A stretch of 42,057 nucleotides of DNA from a virus (taxonomy: Duplodnaviria > Caudoviricetes). The notes under the pieces were generated by a model. It was not told where the DNA came from. It saw only the letters and a list, made by a program, of their open reading frames with translations, and ran no database searches. Of this stretch, positions 36,009-42,057 are shown piece after piece; the stretch's first letter is position 1; every line of letters starts with the position of its first letter. Location of the stretch: the IMG/VR virus record IMGVR_UViG_3300017912_002071, positions 1-42,057 of that record; one strand, 5' to 3'. Position numbers and translations under genes: made by a program.

Positions 36009-36697
36009 AGTGTAGTTGTTGAGGGTAATCCCTGCACCTGTGTATAATATTGTTTTGTGACACCCATCTTTTTGATATTCTGATAACACATCAGAGCATC
36101 GTTTGGCCAAGCTCCAATCTCATTTACTTTATCGATTAGATCCTTTGCACCTTGTGGGTTAATTATATAGGCTGAGTTTCCGGCAAGTCCTTGAGGTATA
36201 TTCCATCCATCAACTTGAGGAACATTTTGAATTGTACCTTCTCTGTGAATAATATTGTTATGAAACTCACGTGACTTACGAGTCGCTCCAATTGGATTAT
36301 TAATACCTACAATATTGAATCCTTGCATATCAAAATCAGTTGGCAGCTTTTCTGTAAACACAGCATCGTGTTCTAGTACAAGTATTGTCTCATCATTCTC
36401 TATAGCTGTCAACCACAATCTGTAGTGAGACATGAAACAGGCAACCCGTTTGTTTGGATCTTGTGTTTGATATGCAGACATTTGCAAACCAGTCTTAAAA
36501 CATAACTCTGTTCCAATCCATGGCCAGGTCCAATCAACTCTTAGTTTCTTGAACTGTGGTATAACATTCTTTGCGTGAGTAGCATCAAATCTGTTAATCT
36601 CAAATTCATTACCAACTCTGTGGCCTGATTCAACAAGTGTGCTAAATCCTTTCTCGGATGTAACATCATTCTTTAATACTATTGCATATGCTTTCAT
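36005..36697 (-). CDS. Glycosyltransferase family 25-like
   Basis: RFDAT, ACFMSHYRLW, VLEHDA, AYIINP.GA, PNDA. Confidence 0.85.
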   Translation of the reverse strand: MKAYAIVLKNDVTSEKGFSTLVESGHRVGNEFEINRFDATHAKNVIPQFKKLRVDWTWPWIGTELCFKTGLQMSAYQTQDPNKRVACFMSHYRLWLTAIENDETILVLEHDAVFTEKLPTDFDMQGFNIVGINNPIGATRKSREFHNNIIHREGTIQNVPQVDGWNIPQGLAGNSAYIINPQGAKDLIDKVNEIGAWPNDALMCYQNIKKMGVTKQYYTQVQGLPSTTTL

Positions 36698-37314
36698 GTT
36701 AACTCTATAATGTAGCTGTCTGGTTCACCACTTGTCTTGCGAAGATCATATCTTTTGATTTCCATACCAGATTTATCTAACACTAGTAAGAAATCATTAT
36801 TGTCCAATGTTTGATATCTATCGCTGTGTCGTTGCAACCAAGGATGTTTTAATTCTTCTGCGCTCATTCGTTCTAATGGCCAGACATCTTCGATTATATA
36901 CGATCCACCATCTTTTAACAACGGTTTTAAATTCTCAAATGTTGCTTTATTTGCTTTAGGTGTATGCATACCATCATCAATAATAAAGTCAAACTTAACA
37001 CCAGGAAATGCTTTTGCTACTTGACTTCTGATTGCAGGATTCATACTGTCTCCTTTTAACCATTGTACTCTCTCATGATTGAGAATATCAATCTGTTCTG
37101 GCTTGACTCGAACAAAAAGATCTAATGCATAAAACTTTGCGTTTGGAAAGTATTCAACAAATGCCTGAGTTGATGCTCCTTTGAATACACCAATCTCTAA
37201 GATGTTTAGTTCTTGATCCTTTACTGACTCAAAGATCTTTTCATAAACATAATCATATCGATGTTTGTATCCTTTATCACACTTATACTTTTGGAACAAA
37301 TCAATTAGTTTCAT
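36694..37314 (-). CDS. Class I SAM-dependent O-methyltransferase-like protein
   Basis: DK...H.Y, ILEIGV..GAS, FDFIIDDG.H, GG.YIIED; start moved to MKLIDLF at 37314. Confidence 0.85.
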   Translation of the reverse strand: MKLIDLFQKYKCDKGYKHRYDYVYEKIFESVKDQELNILEIGVFKGASTQAFVEYFPNAKFYALDLFVRVKPEQIDILNHERVQWLKGDSMNPAIRSQVAKAFPGVKFDFIIDDGMHTPKANKATFENLKPLLKDGGSYIIEDVWPLERMSAEELKHPWLQRHSDRYQTLDNNDFLLVLDKSGMEIKRYDLRKTSGEPDSYIIELT

Positions 37315-37315
37315 A

Positions 37316-38002
37316 TCACTCTCCATAATATGTATTCTTTGTTGGGCCATAACCAAACTCATAACCAAAGTATTCAATATCCTTTTTGTACCAATCACCA
37401 ATGATTTGTTTTGTTTCTTTTGTATACAGATCTAGATAATTACCTGGATTGAGAGCTGTTACATTTCGTGCTCTTGTCATTTCTGGTATGTTGAAGTAGT
37501 TGCAAAGATCTTGGTTTAGAAATTCAAATCGAAGGATATCACACCTAACAGTGCCAGCGTCATCACAAACATGATCAAAAGCCGGATACCATCCACGGAC
37601 AGCACGATGCCACATATAGTCCTCAGAGCCCCATTTATGTCGCTCTTCGATAAACGCTTCAAACGATGAAACATCCGCATAGCTCGGATCTACCTTCTTT
37701 TCTACTTCAATTACTTTCTTCGCAAAAAAGTAACGAGAAACCACACGATCCCAAGGATTCCGAATAACCGCAAAAGCGGTATAACTGTTTCGGTAATTAG
37801 TATCCAAGTCTCTCCATCTTGCATGCTCGGCACCATGATGATCTCCTGTTGCATGCATCTTTTCATACAACTTTGATGTGTATTGGCCACTCTTGTGTCT
37901 AGCGGCGTTATTTATTAAAATTTTACCTCGTAGCTTATCGCTATGTCGGATTGTCATTCCTGCATTCTTTGGAATGTGGACAAAGATCTTTTGATCAGAC
38001 AT
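37316..38002 (-). CDS. Sulfotransferase family 2 protein
   Basis: FVHIPKNAGMTI (5'-PSB) and RNPWDRVVS.Y (3'-PB); Y..D...FGY. Confidence 0.9.
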   Translation of the reverse strand: MSDQKIFVHIPKNAGMTIRHSDKLRGKILINNAARHKSGQYTSKLYEKMHATGDHHGAEHARWRDLDTNYRNSYTAFAVIRNPWDRVVSRYFFAKKVIEVEKKVDPSYADVSSFEAFIEERHKWGSEDYMWHRAVRGWYPAFDHVCDDAGTVRCDILRFEFLNQDLCNYFNIPEMTRARNVTALNPGNYLDLYTKETKQIIGDWYKKDIEYFGYEFGYGPTKNTYYGE

Positions 38003-38789
38003 GTCTCATTAGTTCCTCTACATTCTCCCCACGATTGGGAAGTTTGTCTTTCAAGAAGAAGTGAACAAAGTTACACTCCTTGATTCGATTCATTTCAATT
38101 CCAGTAAACAAACCATTCCAATGGAACGTCAGGTTTTTTACTTTCATCTTCTCTTTCTTTACCCAGTAGTTTAGTAGTGTCTGATCTGTTGACCATTTCC
38201 AAGCTCCTACTCCATCAACAAAGTTTTTAAACTCTGCTCGTTCAATAAACTGTTTAGGTGTTTGTCCTCTTAGATACTTTTCAATGCCTTTGTTGACAAC
38301 CATCATGCCCATGTTATAAAAGTTTGCACCTGCACCACTGGGATGCTTCCAATCAAACAACTGATGCATACCAGGCATACCATATTGCATACGAGTATAG
38401 TTTGCTATCTTACGAAGGTACTGGGGCGTACAAGGCATATCCTGCTCTAGAACACCACCAAAGTCATACTCCATGGGTACCTTATCAAAGATACTTGTGT
38501 TGCATGTATCTCTAACCCATATATCAGAATCAATAATAGCTATTTGATCGTAATGATCAAAGTAACCAAATGCATTTTCTTTTTCGTAGATTGGGAGATA
38601 TCCTAATCGAGCAGTAGCTTCTGTACTTCGATTAGTATTGAAAGGATCGGGTTTAATCCTTAGAAGAGGTTGAGTTTGGATAACATAGTCTGCACCAATA
38701 CGATCTGCATACGCTTTTACACTAGCCGTACAATGATCATACAGTCTCGACTTCTTTCCAACATACACCTGATAGATTAGAGTTTTCAT
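37995..38789 (-). CDS. GT-A glycosyltransferase (GT8/GT34-like)
   Basis: YADRIGADY, IIDSD, NMGMM, DQTLLN, WN, FVHF; start moved to MKTLIYQ at 38789. Confidence 0.8.
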   Translation of the reverse strand: MKTLIYQVYVGKKSRLYDHCTASVKAYADRIGADYVIQTQPLLRIKPDPFNTNRSTEATARLGYLPIYEKENAFGYFDHYDQIAIIDSDIWVRDTCNTSIFDKVPMEYDFGGVLEQDMPCTPQYLRKIANYTRMQYGMPGMHQLFDWKHPSGAGANFYNMGMMVVNKGIEKYLRGQTPKQFIERAEFKNFVDGVGAWKWSTDQTLLNYWVKKEKMKVKNLTFHWNGLFTGIEMNRIKECNFVHFFLKDKLPNRGENVEELMRHV

Positions 38790-38985
38790 TATATGAGTCT
38801 GCCATTTCAATTATGCAAGCTGCTAAATCATGAGCTTCTTTGAATCGTCGACGTAAACGATTAGATTGATGACCATGATTTACAAACCATCTTAGGTTAT
38901 CTATAGTTCCATTATGATCCGGGATATTGTATCTTCTAACAATGTCTTCCCAATTAGATCTTTTGACAAGTATACGTTCAATCAT
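38737..38985 (-). CDS. Hypothetical protein
   Basis: Tiled ORF. Confidence 0.55.
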   Translation of the reverse strand: MIERILVKRSNWEDIVRRYNIPDHNGTIDNLRWFVNHGHQSNRLRRRFKEAHDLAACIIEMADSYNENSNLSGVCWKEVETV

Positions 38986-39160
38986 TCAGATACTCAGGTC
39001 CTGGATTCTTTTCATGCATAACTTCACGAAGCATTTTTTTTACTGCCTGCTCATCTTCGTTTGATTCAACTTCACGAATTTTAATTTCTTTTACTTGCGA
39101 TTGTGTCTTATGTTTACCAGCATTTTTATTACGAGGATCGTTACGAGTAAATTTAGCCAT
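38978..39160 (-). CDS. Hypothetical protein
   Basis: Tiled ORF with a purine-rich RBS after phoH. Confidence 0.6.
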   Translation of the reverse strand: MAKFTRNDPRNKNAGKHKTQSQVKEIKIREVESNEDEQAVKKMLREVMHEKNPGPEYLND

Positions 39161-39169
39161 TTGCCTTTC

Positions 39170-39880
39170 CTATTCAAAGCCTAACATTTCCTTTGTCATT
39201 ATATAATCGCGAACAAAGTCAGAACGTACAATATCTTGCCAACCAAAGTTAACAGTTGTAAAGTTCTTCAGTTGCTCAACAATTGTCAAGAACTTCATGA
39301 TGCCATCTTTCTCATCTTTTTGTTTGTAATCTGTAAAATCAGATTGTAGATAGTCACCACAGAAGATCACACGTGAGTGTTTGCCCACACGAGTAATTAC
39401 TGAATCAAGTTCATGAAAGCTCAAGTTCTGCATTTCATCAACTAATATTACACAATTATCTAAAGTTAGTCCACGGATAAATGATGTAGATTGAAACTCA
39501 ACTATTTTAGCTGTCTTTGCTTTATTCCAACTATATCTATCTCCAAACAGTTCGTCAGCTATGTTCTTATAAGGATTTAGGAACACATCCTCTTTTGTTT
39601 CTTTGTCTCCAGGAAGGAAACCCATTTCTCTTGTTGGAACCATTGACCTGACAATAACCAATCTATCTGGTATAGTGTCTGGATCAAGCACATGCTCCAT
39701 CGCTAAGTACATTCCCATGAATGTCTTACCAGTACCAGCAGAGCCAGCTAGTACTAAGTTGAAGTCATCGTCCCATGCTTCAAACGCTATTTCTTGATTT
39801 TTTGTTAGTGGATGGTATTCAAGTAGATCATCGATCCTAACTGTCATCGAACGGTTAGGACTCTTAATTCGCTTCGCCAT
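39170..39880 (-). CDS. phoH: PhoH-like ATPase
   Basis: PLT.NQ, GSAGTGKTF, GFLPG, SFIRG.T, DEMQN, ITRVG, GD..QSD, DIVRS. Confidence 0.95.
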   Translation of the reverse strand: MAKRIKSPNRSMTVRIDDLLEYHPLTKNQEIAFEAWDDDFNLVLAGSAGTGKTFMGMYLAMEHVLDPDTIPDRLVIVRSMVPTREMGFLPGDKETKEDVFLNPYKNIADELFGDRYSWNKAKTAKIVEFQSTSFIRGLTLDNCVILVDEMQNLSFHELDSVITRVGKHSRVIFCGDYLQSDFTDYKQKDEKDGIMKFLTIVEQLKNFTTVNFGWQDIVRSDFVRDYIMTKEMLGFE

Positions 39881-39883
39881 ATA

Positions 39884-40114
39884 TCAAACCTTAATAGTAT
39901 TGCCTCGACCAGAACTCTTCTTAATTCTAGATAAATGATCTTCCCAATCTTTACCTGCTTGTCTCATTGTTGATTTAGTATCACCAACAAAGTTGGGAGT
40001 GGAAAGCATTTGTTCCCACTCACCATTATCTAATAATTCTTGTCTCTCTGACAACGATAAAATCTTCTCTTCAATTTTACCCGTCATCTTATTCTTCATA
40101 ATATACGTTGGCAT
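39884..40114 (-). CDS. FmdB-like small protein (MPTY...TG...E), lacking Cys
   Basis: N-terminal motif and position directly upstream of phoH. Confidence 0.6.
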   Translation of the reverse strand: MPTYIMKNKMTGKIEEKILSLSERQELLDNGEWEQMLSTPNFVGDTKSTMRQAGKDWEDHLSRIKKSSGRGNTIKV

Positions 40115-40240
40115 TTAACTATTCCTATAAAGGATCACATGAGTGTTCTTTTCAAGATACTCTTTTGTTTCCTGACGAGTCATTTGCTTAACAAATACTT
40201 CGTCAGTTTCTGTATTGTAAAGTCTAACAAGTTGTTTCAA
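40115..40240 (-). CDS. Small hypothetical protein (41 aa, TTG start; not in the ORF track)
   Basis: MKQLVRLYNTETDEVFVKQMTRQETKEYLEKNTHVILYRNS*; exactly fills the gap between neighbours. Confidence 0.55.
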   Translation of the reverse strand: MKQLVRLYNTETDEVFVKQMTRQETKEYLEKNTHVILYRNS

Positions 40241-40516
40241 TTAAGCGACCTTAGCTTCCTCTATACACTTATCCAGATATTTTTGTTTCTTTAAAATCTT
40301 CATTGCAACTTCGTCCTTACCTTTCTTCAATAGTTTCTCCGCATACAATCCTAATTCTTCTGAATCTTTCATTAGGGTTTGTAATTGATATGAACTCATG
40401 AATAACTCCCATATTGTTATTTTGTTGTGGAATAAGGGATGGTGATCATAACAGTCCTGGATAAGCCTCCTGTACAATTTTTCTAGTGAGACCTTTGACT
40501 GGCATTTTCTTTTCAA
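40241..40516 (-). CDS. Hypothetical protein (true start probably MSSYQLQ near 40400)
   Basis: GGAG RBS precedes the internal ATG. Confidence 0.55.
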   Translation of the reverse strand: MKRKCQSKVSLEKLYRRLIQDCYDHHPLFHNKITIWELFMSSYQLQTLMKDSEELGLYAEKLLKKGKDEVAMKILKKQKYLDKCIEEAKVA

Positions 40517-40865
40517 CCATCTTTAGTACTAATTCTGCATCCTCTGGATGAATTGATTCTAATATACCAAGAAAGACTTGCTCCCGCTTGTATGCAGGCA
40601 TATTGTCTCCTTTACCACCTTTGACAATATAAGTAAATTTTTGATTCTCCCTAAGCAGCGTGCTTGGAGTGCTTTGTTCTAAATTTGCTGTAAATGGTGG
40701 TCGTCCTTTAGGTAGGTTCCACTCGATAGCAGGATTCAACGCACCAGCGATGATATCCTTTACTGCCCAGTGATCGTTTTGCTTGAGAATCTCTATTTTC
40801 TCTTCTCTTGTCTTGGCTTTACCAACGGCTTCAAATACTTCATAAACTTCTAATCTACGTGCCAT
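40446..40865 (-). CDS. Conserved T4-like hypothetical protein
   Basis: EKI.IL, W.LP.G.PP, KRE..F...LE..HP..AEL motifs; follows RNase H. Confidence 0.75.
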   Translation of the reverse strand: MARRLEVYEVFEAVGKAKTREEKIEILKQNDHWAVKDIIAGALNPAIEWNLPKGRPPFTANLEQSTPSTLLRENQKFTYIVKGGKGDNMPAYKREQVFLGILESIHPEDAELVLKMVEKKMPVKGLTRKIVQEAYPGLL

Positions 40866-40867
40866 AA

Positions 40868-41704
40868 TTATACAAAATCTCCTACACTTTCAATTAAGAG
40901 TCTGCATCTTTTGCTAACCAGATAATTCAGGACGTTTTGCTTAGCTGGTTTTTGACTCTCATAGTTATATATAATTTCTTGCTTCACAGTTTCGGGGGTT
41001 TCACTAAGATCTATCAACTTTTTATTACGTAAATAGTTACGATATATCTCTTCACCGTGTGATTTGGGATCTTTTATTAGATCGTCAAGAATATTTTTTC
41101 TTAAAGGTGTTTGACGAATACCTTCTACAAAGCAATCATCAACACTTAACACATTAGGTATCCCATCTGCTTGGTCACCCTTCATAATCAATTCCATAAG
41201 CTGACGACGAGGTGTCTCTTCTTTAATGAACCTTTTCTTCATAGGTGAGAATTGATTGATGTTATCATACTTCTGAAGCTGAACAAAGTCCTTATCAGAC
41301 GAGACAATTACAACAGGTTCATTCTTTCCAAACTCTTGTGTGTCTTCACAGAGCACTGCAATAATGTCATCAGCTTCGCATCGCTCATGTTCAATTACTT
41401 TGTAAGGAAAGTTTTCTCTGATCTCATCAAGAACCATATTGGTAATACGAAACAGTTCATTCCAATCCATCTTTGATTCTTTACGCGCATCCTTACGTTT
41501 GAATTTATAGTTAGGGAATGCATCAAACCGCCAGTTCTTTCTGCCATCCATACAAATAACAACTTCACCAAACTTGTGATGAAACTTTGCTCGATACATT
41601 CTTATGCTGTTGAGGATCATATGTCGAATAAGATTCTCATCCATATCCAACTTTTGTGTCACAACATTGCTGATAGCAATAGCATTATAATCAATTAGTA
41701 TCAT
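40868..41704 (-). CDS. rnh: T4-type RNase H (5'-3' exonuclease)
   Basis: MILID, IRHMILNS, WR...FP.YK..R, EADD.I, SSDKDF.QL, GD..DGIPN.LS. Confidence 0.95.
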   Translation of the reverse strand: MILIDYNAIAISNVVTQKLDMDENLIRHMILNSIRMYRAKFHHKFGEVVICMDGRKNWRFDAFPNYKFKRKDARKESKMDWNELFRITNMVLDEIRENFPYKVIEHERCEADDIIAVLCEDTQEFGKNEPVVIVSSDKDFVQLQKYDNINQFSPMKKRFIKEETPRRQLMELIMKGDQADGIPNVLSVDDCFVEGIRQTPLRKNILDDLIKDPKSHGEEIYRNYLRNKKLIDLSETPETVKQEIIYNYESQKPAKQNVLNYLVSKRCRLLIESVGDFV

Positions 41705-42056
41705 TATCTTTCCTTAGGTGCTTGGAGTGAATCTTACATCCAATAAACTCGTTGTAGTAATCGTCTCTCAGCAACACATCATGCTCGAACTGCAATTTAG
41801 CTTCATAATAAGAACACTCACCTTTCGTCTTGCACAAGTATAGTATATCTCGACGGTAGTTGTCAACACCTTTTTCTTCTACCAAAAGTTTGACTTCTGC
41901 ACTACTACCATAGTAATCTTTCCAATTGCTTTCTACACGCGTTCTAACGCGTCTCTTACGCGTTTTAGTCTTGGGTAAGATCTTTGGCTTCCAAAAGAAC
42001 TTCTTTCCAATATACTTTTTATCTGTATCGATTTCGGTGATTAAATAGACAAAGCC
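41691..42056 (-). CDS. GIY-YIG-like nuclease-fold protein, 5'-truncated by the window end
   Basis: Frame is open to the window edge: GFVYLITEIDTDKKYIGKKFFW...ESNWKDYYGSS...YYEAK.QF...L..D.YYN. Confidence 0.75.
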   Translation of the reverse strand, partial: GFVYLITEIDTDKKYIGKKFFWKPKILPKTKTRKRRVRTRVESNWKDYYGSSAEVKLLVEEKGVDNYRRDILYLCKTKGECSYYEAKLQFEHDVLLRDDYYNEFIGCKIHSKHLRKDNDTN

Positions 42057-42057
42057 C

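Noticed and set aside
39170-39880. phoH as a novel auxiliary gene
   Set aside because: Very common in T4-like and marine phages.
41691-42056. Mobile homing endonuclease or intron
   Set aside because: No intron structure or interrupted gene is visible; it looks like the short GIY-YIG-like gene normally found beside RNase H.

Overview
A 42 kb segment of a T4-like (myovirus) phage genome; the host is probably a Gram-negative bacterium, and a marine one is only a guess. From left to right: a partial subtilisin-like protease and a virion protein; the baseplate/tail module (gp7-like, gp6, gp25, a gp5 function split over three genes, hub, gp53, gp48, gp4, gp2, gp54-like, gp26/gp51, tape-measure-like gene); gp32, gp33 and small early genes; then an accessory region. 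That region holds a lipoprotein-type NlpC/P60 hydrolase, five radical SAM genes plus two stand-alone SPASM/twitch genes, three SGNH proteins, two tRNAs followed by a structured RNA candidate, kdsA, a QueG-like Fe-S protein and a glycosyl/sulfo/methyltransferase cluster. The window ends with phoH, RNase H and a partial GIY-YIG-like gene. T4 late promoters (TATAAATA) and four near-identical sigma70-type early promoters are visible. The strongest leads are a probable -1 ribosomal frameshift joining gp26 to gp51 (slippery heptamer plus a perfect 11-bp long-range stem), the radical SAM/SPASM array with nearby small peptides, and the tRNA-linked structured RNA. All calls come from reading motifs by eye; no searches were run.
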